DNA of 62,000 bases from Wallemia ichthyophaga EXF-994. Taxonomy: Eukaryota > Fungi > Basidiomycota. The stretch covers positions 240,001 to 302,000 of the forward strand of contig NW_008806280.1 in the NCBI RefSeq assembly GCF_000400465.1. Reading direction: 5' to 3'. The position numbers were made by a program, and so were the translations under genes. The notes beneath the pieces were generated by a model that was not told where the DNA came from, did no database searches, and was given only the letters and a program-made list of their open reading frames with translations. Position 1 is the first letter of the stretch, and the number at the start of each line of letters is the position of its first letter. Positions 50,734 through 62,000 of the stretch are shown here, piece by piece.

Positions 50734-51035
50734 TTTTGGTATCTTTACATTTAATCTTGACCGTTAGAAATCAAGGTGCATTCCTCGTGAATGTCGAGAG
50801 ATGCGAGCGCAGTTTGAAAGATGCAGAGAGGTTATTTGGTTTTTGTGGGAGCTGATGATCAGGCGCTCTCAACGATGTTGCTCTTCTTCCTTGCAAATAT
50901 TGCCCTGTGTTTTGCACAGCGAACAGGCACAGCGAGCATGCTCTACTGCGACGTACCCAATAAAATTGTTTTGGTTGTTGAGAAAATATTCAAATCTCTC
51001 AGCGCGTGACAGTTGCTCCTTGGACACAAACGTCA

Positions 51036-51863
51036 ATGGCACAGCTGCTAGATCTCAACTCGATTAGATCAGTTCTGGTTAGATTGGAGGACACTATAAT
51101 ATTCAGCTTGATAGAGAGGGCGCAGTTCAGCTGCAATGCTCGCACTTATCAGCCATGCGCGTTTTCCAACGAGTTACCAGGCTGGCAGGGCAGCTGGCTT
51201 GATTGGATTCTTCTCGGTACCGAGGAGTTTCAAGGTGGGCGTTTTTTGTGTTAAATTCAGCTTTTCTGACAGTTCACAGCGAAAGCCAGACGCTACCAAA
51301 GCCCAGACGAATACCCATTCAGTAATCCATCCGACTTGCCTGATCCGGTACTTCCCCCGCTCGAATATGAGCCAGTGCTGCACGAGCCAGCGGTAACCAA
51401 CGTAAATGACAAAATAATGCAATTTTATACCCAAGAAATAGTACCGTCAATCACCAAACCGGGCGATGATCTTAACTACGGCTCAACCGCTACGAGGGAC
51501 GTGGAGACGCTGCAGGCTGTATCGAGGAGGGTACACTATGGAATGTTCGTATCTGAGAGCAAGTACAGAGCGGACGTGGATACGTTCAACACGGCGATCA
51601 AGGCGAATGATGTTAAGACACTGGAATCACTCATCACAAAACCCCAAGTTGAAGCAGCTCTGCTTAAACGGTTGGAAAGGAAGGCGAGGCATTACGGACA
51701 AGACGAGAGCCAAGGAGGGAGCATGCATGATATGAAGGTAGATCCGGAAGTGGTCGTGAGAATGTACAAAGACCATGTCATTCCACTAACCAAGGTAGTC
51801 GAAGTGAGTAGAGACCTCTTTAACGTTCAATCTGACGCGTTTTACAGGTCGAGTATCTTCTGA
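51036..51863 (+). CDS. ARO7: Chorismate mutase (AroQ, eukaryotic type), multi-exon
   Basis: LDLNSIRSVLVRLEDTIIFSLIERAQF, RRYQSPDEYPF, DDLNYGSTATRDVETLQAVSRRVHYGMFVSESKY, VIPLTKVVEVEYLL. Confidence 0.95.
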
Positions 51864-51947
51864 AGCGCATTTGAAGACGATTTGATTGTAAATGAAATTT
51901 ATACTTAATTCGGTATTCTTGACTTGACAACTTGACCTAAGTCAGTC

Positions 51948-52746
51948 ATGAGCGTGATTGGTAGAATTACACATACATTCCCATTAAGAGCACAAGTTCA
52001 GGCCAGATTTGTTAGCCGATCAGCTCCAGTATTTTGTAGGCTTGGAAATCGTCGTTAATGGCCGCGCTTACACCGATCCAGCGACCAAGACACAGGACGC
52101 AGAGAAAGAGAAGGCGAGAAAGCAGCTGGAGAAGGAAAAGGAAAAGGCTAAGAAGGCTAAGGATGCTGTAAAGACGAAGCTTAGCCCACCAAAGCAAGCG
52201 CCAACCGCATGGCAGCTATTCTTCATTGAGGAGTTAGATAAGGCGAGACAACAAGGTAAAATAGAGATTGGCGTTATTAGCCACTCAGCTTCTGAGCTCT
52301 ACAAGAAACTGACAGATGCCGAGAAAATGCCCTACGTTGAACATTCCAAGGAACTTCGTGCAAAGCAGGCAAAGGAGTTCGCTGAGTATATTAAGTCGCT
52401 CCCATACGATGTTCTCAAGAAGGAGAACTCTTTACGCACCAAGCTTCGTAAGCAGGGCAAGAAGGGCGTTCAGAAGATCAGGGACCCAAATGCGCCAAAG
52501 AGACCTCTTACAGCGTACTTTGCGTATTTGAAGGATTTGAGGGATAAAGAGGATTTCAGGCAAAGCATTTTCGGCAATGATGCCACTGGCTGGCTCCAGT
52601 CTTCCATTATCGACCAGTCAAGAGCTGCGTCAGACAAGTGGAAAGCGCTTTCAGAGGACGTCAAGCAGACATACAAGGACAAAGCTACAGAGGCTAAGAA
52701 GAAGTACGAAGATGCTAAAATTGAATATCAAAACTCCTTCTTGTAA
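51948..52746 (+). CDS. Tandem HMG-box protein with mitochondrial-type presequence (Abf2/TFAM-like), 2 exons
   Basis: Spliced MSVIGRITHTFPLRAQVQARFVSRSAPVFSTK is Arg-rich and acid-free; HMG boxes PPKQAPTAWQLFF..YKKLTDAEKMPY and DPNAPKRPLTAYFAY..WKALSEDVKQTY. Confidence 0.78.
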
Positions 52747-52752
52747 TCCATC

Positions 52753-54399
52753 ATGAACTTGCTTGAGTCTTCGCAGACTCAGAAATCGCGATGGCGGTCG
52801 CATGAGTTTAAACTTTATTACGTCGTTTTCATCGTTATGATACCAATCATATTCTACATTCCTTTCCAAATATCTACGCAACAGCACATAAACTATGCGC
52901 GTTATAGCTCCAGACTAACGGATGGTTGGCTATTTGGAAGGAAAATAGACCTCACGGATCAGCAGTACAAGTCGTTCAGGAACAATCTCAGCCATCTTGC
53001 TTTTATTTCTGCAACACACGTTGTTATTTCACGCGTTTTGAAGAAGATACACAAACTGACTCAGATGAATTGCAATTGGATTCTCTGCATTGCGGTGCTC
53101 CTCGGACTGCATTCGTATCAGTTTGTCTTCCCAATCGCTGTCAGTCTGCTGTCGTACATTCTATCAAAGTGCTTGGCAGGCTACAAACACTTTTACGCGC
53201 TGATATGGATGTTCAATATTATCACGCTGGTTGCTATAGAGTATTACAACGGCATCTCATTTAGTCTGATTCACCCTGCGCTCGCTCACCTCAATAATAG
53301 TCGCGGTCTGGTAAGATGGTACGTCTTTTACAAAATGACAATGCTCAGAAACATCTCTTTCGCTCTCGACTTGCACTGGATGAGAAGAGATCGCAAAGCG
53401 TACAAAGCTATACCAATCAATGGTCTCTCCTACTCTGAGAGGAAGAATGTGCCCCTTTCCGAGCAAGATTACAGCGTAAACAACTTTATATACTACTCCT
53501 TCTACCCCCCTCTCTACTTGGCGGGACCGATAATCACATACAATGACTTTGCACATCAAACATACCTACACTTCAAACCACCTACGCTAGAATACATAGC
53601 AAAATACGCACTGCGATGCTTGTCTTCATTCTTGACACTGGAATTCACTTTGCATTATATCTACGTCGTTGCGATCAAGAATACTGGTGCATGGAGGAAC
53701 GATACCCCTGCGCAAATAGCATTGATAGGATTCTGGAACTTGATAGTAGTGTGGCTGAAGCTACTAATACCGTGGCGTTTCTTCAGGCTGTGGAGTTTGA
53801 TAGATGGTGTTGATTGTCCAGAGAACATGATACGCTGCGTCGCGAACAATTACTCAACAACCGGTTTCTGGAGATCTTGGCACAGGAGTTTCAACCTGTG
53901 GATAATACGCTATATCTACATACCACTGGGCGGCACGAGGTATGTATGGGTGATAACGCCTGTCATATTCGTTTTTGTTGCGCTATGGCATGATCTACAC
54001 TGGCGATTGCTGGTATGGGGAGGGCTAGCGAGTGTGATAATCGTGCCAGAGTTGCTAGCATCGCATTTCTTGCCGGCGCAGAAGGTGTGTAGTGCTCGTG
54101 CGACTTTACCTACAAGTTATTCGGCTGACAAAAAAACCCCATAGTACAGTCACCGGTGGTGGTACAGGCATGCATGCGCAGCGGGCGGCGTTCTTAACAT
54201 TGTTGCACTAATGGCGGCGAATCTCGTAGGATTCGTACTAGGTATAAGAAACACTAGGAACTTTCTCACAGATCTAGTCTTCTCCGTCGAAGGCTGGCAG
54301 TTCCTCGCCATTGCCCTCCCGTCTCTCTTTGTCGGCGTGCAAGTGATGTTTGAGCTGAGGGAGTCAGAGAAAAGACACGGGGTGAATCTGCGTTGTTGA
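52753..54399 (+). CDS. GUP1: MBOAT O-acyltransferase Gup1, 2 exons
   Basis: SRWRSHEFKLYY, GWLFGRKIDLTD.QY.SFR.N, YPPLYLAGPIITYNDF, WRFFRLWSL.DG...PENM.RC, FWRSWHRSFN.W..RYIYIPLGG, FVALWHD. Confidence 0.95.
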
Positions 54400-54471
54400 G
54401 GTGGTGTATTATATACATTTTACACATTCAATATCCGCATTTTGCCATAAAATTTTCAGTTTATCTCCCCT

Positions 54472-54479
54472 TATATAAA
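54472..54479 (+). promoter_or_regulatory. Canonical TATA box upstream of the metallothionein
   Basis: TATATAAA ending 46 nt before ATG 54526. Confidence 0.6.
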
Positions 54480-54525
54480 GGCTGTGGGATAGAGCTTCTC
54501 AATTATTCACGACGATCAACGCAAA

Positions 54526-54815
54526 ATGGCTTGTCAAAACGATTGCAAGTGCGTTTATTTGTTCAAAGCCCACACACTCACACAGACACACACTCACCAC
54601 CACACAGATCCTGCGGCGCGAGAGACGAACCAACTACGAAATGCCAATGCAAGCCAGGCGAATGCACCTGCATAGGGTGCTGGAAGAGTGCGCACCACAA
54701 AGATGTAAGTGGTGTAGATTGCTCAAGTGACGTAGCTGAAGTAATAAAGTGCACTTGCTCGGGCAGTGGAAGTGACTGTGGCTGTCTCAAAGAGGGCCGC
54801 GCGTGTACCTGCTGA
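54526..54815 (+). CDS. Metallothionein-like Cys-rich peptide (61 aa, 14 Cys), 3 exons
   Basis: Introns 54549-54607 and 54705-54749 give MACQNDCKSCGARDEPTTKCQCKPGECTCIGCWKSAHHKDCTCSGSGSDCGCLKEGRACTC*, with repeated CxC motifs. Confidence 0.82.
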
Positions 54816-55329
54816 AGACGGCTGAGCACAGGGTGCAAATATTTCTTGTAACATTAAGCATGTATTGTATAGTCTTTATTCGAAGATGATGTGCCGGATT
54901 GTGTTACTGCTGAGTATTCTCGCCGTTCAAATCAATAAATTAGCTTATCGATCGGCTTATCGAGTGCCGTCGGGAGTAGTCGGAGCCAGTGTCTTCTTGT
55001 TTCAGGGCAGAAGCGGCAGAGGATTACGGGTCAATGGGGTAAGTTGAAAGATGCTAAATATGCCCATAGAAATCCCCCGAATATAGAAATCACTCAGCCT
55101 ACCCGCAGCCCAAACAAACAAACACCCCAACAGTTCGAATGGAAAGGGCGACGGGCGGTGTACTTTCCCAGCCAGCCACAGAACCACACAAACCCCTCGC
55201 CACACTCGCCAGCCTCTGTTTATGCGCCCATTTTAGATTTTCCCCAACCGATTCAATCACAAAATCACGGTCATTTTCTTGAAGCTCTTCAACCAATTCG
55301 AATAAAATTAAATTAAAATTTCTGGGCTC

Positions 55330-58300
55330 ATGTCTATTCTAAACGCAGCCAAATCACTCGTAGGAATTGAGGAGCAAAGAACACTCACCGTGCAATCTTC
55401 ACAAACACGTATCGGTATCCCGGTTTCGCGCAATGTGTGGTGGAAAGCTGAGATACTGCGTGAGAATTTCCTCCAATCAGCCTACTCCCTGGTAGAGCAG
55501 GACGAGAGCGCTGAAGATGATTTCGCTCAATTGGAGCTTCTTAGCAAGTTTTTGAAGTGGGTTTCTGTCTTGTCTGGCTGTTTACTTGGCTTATTGGTTG
55601 CACAGATTCGTTGCTACAAGCCAACTTGATGAGCAATCCCTCTACGTTCTCCAGGCTTCTCTCGTCCATTTCCACCAAGTCCACCTCTCACATGTCGACG
55701 TACACAACTTAACCGCAAAGCTTGACGCTGAATTACGCAAGCTCGTCTTATCCGCTTTCTTCAAGTCGAGAGCCGCGTTGGAAGCTGCGGGCTTAGAAAC
55801 TCCTCAATCCCCACCATCAGCTCTGATCCAGCAATCTATTCAAGGAAATGCTAACGTCTACGCTCTCTTTGGTGGCCAGGGCGCTAACGAAGTCTACTTT
55901 GATGAGTTACAGAACCTTTTCGATATATATCAGCCATACGTTGAAGACTTCTTGACCGAATCATCAAAAACTCTGATCGATTTGGCTAAGAATGCATCAA
56001 ATAACGGTTCCGTCTACTACAGTCAATCCATCGATCCTGTTGGCTGGCTCAAAAACTCGTCTTCCCGCCCCTCAGTAGCTTACTTAGCATCTATTCCACT
56101 TTCACTTCCACTCATCGGTCTAACTCAACTTGTACAATACCTCGCATTCGCCTCTGCTTGCTCTCTTACCCCTGCTCAACTAAGAGAAAACATTCACGGT
56201 GCAACAGGTCATTCTCAAGGTGTAATCTCCGCCGTTGTTGCCGCTGCTTCTGATTCTTATCAAGATTTCACTTTAAATGCAGTTAAAGCTCTCAAACTTC
56301 TTTTCTACATTGGTTTGCGTGGTCAAGAGACTTTCCCAACCCTTTCAATTGAACCTGCTCTCGTTGAGGATTCTATTGAAGGCGGTGAAGGCGAACCAAC
56401 TCCTATGCTTTCTGTTTCTGGTTTATCTTTATCTGTTTTGGAGTCATTCGTCAATAAGACCAACGCTCATTTGGCTGATTCTTCAAAGATCGATATCAGA
56501 CTTTTGAATGGCCCAAAGAACTTTATTGTCACTGGTCCTCCTCGTAGTCTCTACGGTTTAGTCACTAATCTTCGCAAAGTCAGAGCCCCAACTGGCTTGG
56601 ATCAATCAAAGGTTCCTTACTCAAAGAGAAAAGCCGTTTTCAATGCTAGATTTTTGGTCGTCGGTGTCCCTTACCATTCTCCTTATCTCGCCGATGCCAT
56701 TCCAAAAGTTTTCGACGAGGATTTGGCAAAGGAAGAACTGTGGTCTCCTTCAGATTTGAAATTGGCCGTATACCACACCGAAACTGGTCAAGATTTACGT
56801 GAATTGTCTAGCGGCTTAACGAAATCACTTCTCATCCAAATCTTCACTCAACCAATATACTGGACAAAGGCAACCAATTTCCCTGAATCTGCCACTCACG
56901 CAATCGACTTTGGTCCAGGTGGTATGTCTGGTATTGGTCCACTCACTCAACGTAACTGGGAAGGTCGCGGTATTAGAGTTCTTATTCCAGGCGCCAACGG
57001 TAAGCTTGGCTCAGAAATCTACGGCTCTTCTCTCATCAAGGAGGAGAAGTGGAGTGAAAAGTTCCAACCCGCTCTCGTCAAGACTAAGGATGGAAAGATT
57101 CACCTAGACACTCCATTCTCAAGAATGCTCGGTAAGCCTCCACTCATGGTTGCTGGTATGACTCCATGCACTGTCAAGGGTGGCTTCGTTTCTTCGGTCC
57201 TCAACGCTGGCTACCACATCGAGTTGGCTGGTGGTGGTCACTATAATGCAAAGATGCTTCGCGCGAAGGTGGAAGAAATCCAGCAAAACATTCAACCTGG
57301 TAACGGTATCACTTTAAACGCGCTTTACATCAATCAACGTCAATTCACCTTCCAATTACCGCTTTGGCAACAGATGCGTCAAGAGTGAGTACCTTTGCCT
57401 CGAGTCTTACTAACGCTAATGTGACATCAGGGGTCTTCCTATCGAAGGTTTCTGTGTTGCTGCTGGTATTCCATCTTCAGAGAAGGCTACCGAGATGATC
57501 AATTCCCTTAAGGAGTCTGGCATTAAGCATGTTTCCTTCAAACCAGGTTCAGTTGAAGGTATTCGCCAAGTCGTCAACATTGCTGCCGCAAACCCATCTT
57601 TCCCAATCATTATGCAATGGACAGGTGGTCGTGCTGGTGGCCACCACTCATGCGAAGATGTTCATCAACCAATCATTCAGACATACGCCTCTATCAGACA
57701 GCACTCAAATATCTCGCTCGTTGCTGGATCTGGATTTGGTGCAGCTGATGACTTCTGGCCTTACTTGACAGGTGACTGGTCGTTGGAATTCGGTCTTCAA
57801 CCAATGCCATTCGACGGGTCCCTTTTCGCTTCACGCGTCATGGTAGCCAAGGAGGCTCACACCTCTGAGTCTGTCAAGCAACTTATCGTTGATGCACCTG
57901 GTGTTGATGACAAGGACTGGGAGCAGACTTACGATAAGGTGACTGGTGGTATCTTGACTGTTCGTTCCGAGTTGGGTGAGCCAATTCATAAGATCGCTAC
58001 TCGTGGTGTTAAACTGTGGAGAGAGTTCGACGATACCGTCTTCAACCTTCCTCGCGAGAAGCGTGGTCCCTGGTTAGAAGGAAAGCGCGACTACGTCATC
58101 GGCAGACTCAACAAGGACTTCCAGAAGCCATGGTTTGGCGAAAAGGCAGACGGTGTTGTTGTGTCTGACATTGGCGACATGACATACGAGGAAGTAACTA
58201 GACGTATGGTCAAACTTCTCTACGTTGCCCACCAGTCCCGTTGGATTGACGTATCTCTCCGCAACCTCGTCGGTGATTGGTTGAGACGTGTCGAAGAGCG

Positions 58301-61300
58301 TTTCTCTGCTGTTGATGGTACTGATAAGATCTCCATCTTGCAGAACTACTCTTCCCTCAACTCCCCAAGTGATTTCATTAACAATTTCTTCACTGAATAC
58401 ACTGGCGCTACTGAGCAACTCCTTGCCGCTGAGGATAAGGCATACTTCCTTAATATTACTCAACGCCCTGGACAAAAGCCAGTTCCGTTTATCCCTGTTC
58501 TTGACAACTCATTCGAAGTCTGGTTTAAGAAGGATTCGTTGTGGCAAGCTGAGGATATGGATGCAGTCGTCGATCAAGGTGGGTTGCGGTGCAATTTATT
58601 TTTTACTAACTTTGCTAACTTTTCTTTTAGACCCACAACGTGTCTGTATTCTTCAAGGACCTGTTGCTGCCAAACACTCTACTAAGGTTAACGAACCAAT
58701 TAAGGAATTGCTCGGTAAAATCGAGGAGCAACTCGTCAAGAAGCTTCTTGACCGCCGCTACAATGGCGATGCTTCTAAGGTCCCTGAAGTCGACTATATC
58801 GGCGCTCAGCTTGCCATTACGTCAGCCAGCCAAGCTGGTCTCATTGAATCCCACAAGATCATCTCAACGACTGAACAAGATAAGCAAATCTACCAGATCT
58901 CTGACAGTCTTCCATCAGCCGGTGAATGGCTGGAGAATCTCGCTGGTCGTCAAACTGGATGGTTCAGAGCGTTGCTTACCTCTCCAATCCTCGTCCAAGG
59001 CAAGGGTTACGCTACCAACCCAATGAAGAAGTTGTTAGCTCCTCGTGTTGGCCAGAAAGTTGTTATTGCCATGAAGAATGGTGAGCCTGCCGGTGCTGAG
59101 CTGTATGGTGGCATTCGTTCAGCTGGTGATTCGGATCCAAACTTCCAAGCTATCAAGATCTCTTACGACGAGTCCATTAAGCGTATTACTCTCGTTCTCT
59201 CCGAAGAGCGTCGTGGCGAGAGCGTACCGCTTACCTTCATATACGACTACAAGCCAGCAATAGGGTACGCACCAATCCACGAAGTCATGGAGGGTCGCAA
59301 CCAGCGTATCAAGGAATTCTATTGGAAACTCTGGGAGCTCGGCACACCAACTGAACTCAACGTTCGCGACACTTTCACTGGCCCACCTTTCACCATCGAT
59401 ACTGCCACCGTAGAGAAGTTCTGCGCTATCATCGGCAACGACGGCGAGGCATTCAAGTCGAACAGATCGGATGAAGTTCAAGCACCAATGGATTTCGCTA
59501 TCGTTACAGGCTGGCAAGCTATCATGAAGTCCATCTTCCCTAAGGAGATCGACGGTGATTTACTCAAGCTTGTCCACTTGTCAAACGGATTCAAGATGGT
59601 TGATGGTGCACGTCCTATCGCTGTCGGTGATGTTTGCTCGGCGGAGTGCAAGATCGTCTCCATTGTCAACTCGGACTCCGGCAAGACTGTCGTGGTTAAG
59701 GGACACGTCGTCAGAGATGGGAATCCAGCCATTGAGGTCTCATCTTCATTCCTCTATCGCGGTAAATTTGATGACTACGAAAATACCTTTGAGATTACAG
59801 ATGATGCTCAATACAGAGTTACTCTTAAGAGCGACTCTGATGTTGCCCTTCTCAGATCTAAGGAGTGGTTCCAATGGGAAGACGAGAGAATACCTCTTAC
59901 TGTCGGTACCACATTGATCTTTGATACTCAGTCTGAGATTCATCACGGAAACGCCACCTCATACAAATCTTTGAGCGTCAGCGGCCGTGCCAATATTCGC
60001 AACCAGCTCAAGGAACTCGTTCCTGTGGGTTCTATTGGATTGGAAACTGGTATGACTAAGGGTAACCCAGTCAATGAATACCTTAGACGCAACGGCGAGG
60101 TCATTAATGGCAGAACACTATTCGAAAATGATGGCTACTCAATCACTAAGTCTGCAAACCCATCATTGTACGTCTCGCCATTCTCCAACGAGTCATACTC
60201 GAAAATCTCTGGTGATTACAATCCAATCCACATCAACCCGTACTTCGCGGATCTCGGCAACTTGCCTGGAACCATCGCTCATGGTATGTACGGCTCAGCA
60301 GCCACTCGTAAGTACGTCGAGACAGTTGCTGCCGACAATGTTCCATCGCGTGTGCTGTCTTACCAAGTCACTTTTGTCGGCATGGTTCTTCCTGGAGACA
60401 CCTTAGAAGTGAAACTCCGTCACATCGGTATGGATGCCGGTTCGAAACTTATTTCCGTCGAAACTTTCAACCAAGATGGTGAGAAGGTGATAAGTGGACA
60501 AGCGCTTGTTGCACAACCTACAACGACATATGTCTTCACCGGTCAGGGTTCACAGGAACAGGGTATGGGTATGGCACTCTATGAGTCCTCAGCCGCTGCT
60601 CGCAACGTGTGGGACGCAGCTGATGACCACTTGGGTGAGGTGTACGGTTTCTCCATTATCGACATTGTCAAGAACAACCCTAAGGCGAAAACGATCCACT
60701 TTGGTGGATTGAAGGGACAAGCCATCCGTCAACGCTACATGGATCTTCGTTACGATACTACTGATAAGGATGGTAATGTGAAAACACTCCCACTCTTCCC
60801 AGACATCACCGTTCGCACCAGTGACTACACTTTCCAAGCACCAAATGGTTTGTTATTTGCCACTCAATTCGCTCAAATCGCTTTGGTCGTCACTGAGAAG
60901 GCAGCATTTGAAGATATGCGTTCTAAGGGATTGATTCAAGCCAACTGTGCATTTGCTGGTCACTCTCTTGGTGAATATGCTTCTTTGGCTTCGATAGCAG
61001 ACGTCTTGCCAATCTCTTCGCTTACTGATGTCGTTTTCTACCGTGGTCTGACCATGCAACGTGCTGTCGAACGCGATGCTCATGGTCGTTCGCAATTTAG
61101 GATGATGGCTGTTAATCCATCTCGTATTGGCAAGACCTTTGATGAGACTATCTTGAGGGAGATCGTTGACTCCGTTTCTAGACGCACGCAGTTGCTCCTT
61201 CAGATCGTCAACTACAATGTTGATGGTCAACAATACGTTTGTGCTGGTCATCTCCAAGCTCTCGAGACTTTGACCAACACTCTCAACTTCATGAAGGTTA

Positions 61301-62000
61301 ACAAGGTGAGCAGTTTGCTTTTTGTTTTACCTTACTAACATGGTACAGATCGACATCGCATCTCTTCTCAAGCAGCTCTCAGTTGAGCAAGTCAAGGCGC
61401 ACTTGGACGAAATTATTGACGAATGCTTCGGTAAATCCAAGGCTAAGGCTGAGTCTGAAGGCGGCTTCCTCACACTCGAGCGTGGATTCGCCACCATACC
61501 ACTCCCTGGTATCGATGTTCCGTTCCACTCCCGCTACTTGTGGGCAGGTGTTATGCCTTTCCGTACATACTTGTCGAAGAAGATCGACGCCAAAGGTGAG
61601 TTTTGTCTTGGGCTGCGCAATCGTCTTCTGACTACTAGCAGATCTCAACCCTGACATGCTCATTGGCAAGTACATTCCAAACTTGGTTGCCAAGCCTTTC
61701 GAGATCTCTAAGCCATACATTGAGATGATCCACAACCAGACCAGCTCCCCACGTCTTGAGAAGGTTCTCAGCGGCTGGGATGCAGATAAGTGGGCAGCTA
61801 CCGAAAACAGACAAGTGTTGGCCTACACTGTTCTTGTTGAGTTGTTGGCCTATCAATTCGCCTCTCCAGTCAGATGGATTGAGACTCAAGACCTCTTCTT
61901 CACTCACTACAACTTCGAGCGTTTAGTTGAGGTCGGTCCATCACCTACTCTTTCCGGTATGGCCAACCGCACTCAAAGACTCAAGTATGAGAGTCTCGAC
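55330..62000 (+). CDS. FAS1: Type I fungal fatty acid synthase, single-chain (beta domains AT-ER-DH-MPT running into alpha sequence); 3'-partial, multi-exon
   Basis: [26 protein letters not shown] and [41 protein letters not shown] and GHSLGEY, IDVPFHS, then [17 protein letters not shown] (N-terminus of yeast Fas2) in the same gene. Confidence 0.96.

Noticed and set aside
54884-54912. ATGATG ... CTGA resembling a C/D snoRNA
   Set aside because: The boxes are only about 25 nt apart, with no terminal stem or second D box.
546-61907. Numerous 60-160 aa ORFs antisense to or nested within the long genes
   Set aside because: They are shadow frames of codon-biased CDSs without motifs or splice support.
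1-62000. Prokaryotic or mobile features (CRISPR, operon RBSs, rRNA, tRNA, LTR/TIR elements)
   Set aside because: None seen; the window is intron-containing fungal housekeeping DNA.

Overview
This is eukaryotic, not prokaryotic, DNA: an extremely gene-dense fungal region, most likely basidiomycete. A Wallemia-like origin is my inference from the 40-60 nt introns, tiny intergenic gaps, fused FAS and gene content. I count 31 protein-coding genes: partial dynein heavy chain, AP-3 beta, UBE2S, TGS1, RDH54, RTF2, CWC15, RFC5, a RasGAP, COX6, an Alba-domain gene, TRM61, BolA2, QCR2, DOP1, DHR1/ECM16, APC2, two PY-motif membrane proteins, ACB1, TMS1/SERINC, DUF1295, a GH47 mannosidase, OSH4/KES1, a PAS-GATA factor, a TRP/FLC-like protein, ARO7, a mitochondrial HMG protein, GUP1, a metallothionein and a partial single-chain fatty acid synthase. 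Three small spliced genes (Alba, BolA2, metallothionein) are missed or garbled by the ORF track and were rebuilt by hand. The most striking pattern is operon-like packing. The BolA2 CDS overlaps the TRM61 start on the same strand by 11 nt, the HMG stop lies 6 nt before the GUP1 ATG, the TGS1 and RDH54 start codons are 6 nt apart head-to-head, and the Alba and TRM61 stops are 3 nt apart. APC2 appears to lack its C-terminal winged-helix B domain. A 2.7 kb gene-free island (4817-7481) holds unidentified decayed reading frames. No rRNA, tRNA, CRISPR array or intact mobile element was recognised. All identifications come from recalled motifs and manual splicing, not database searches.
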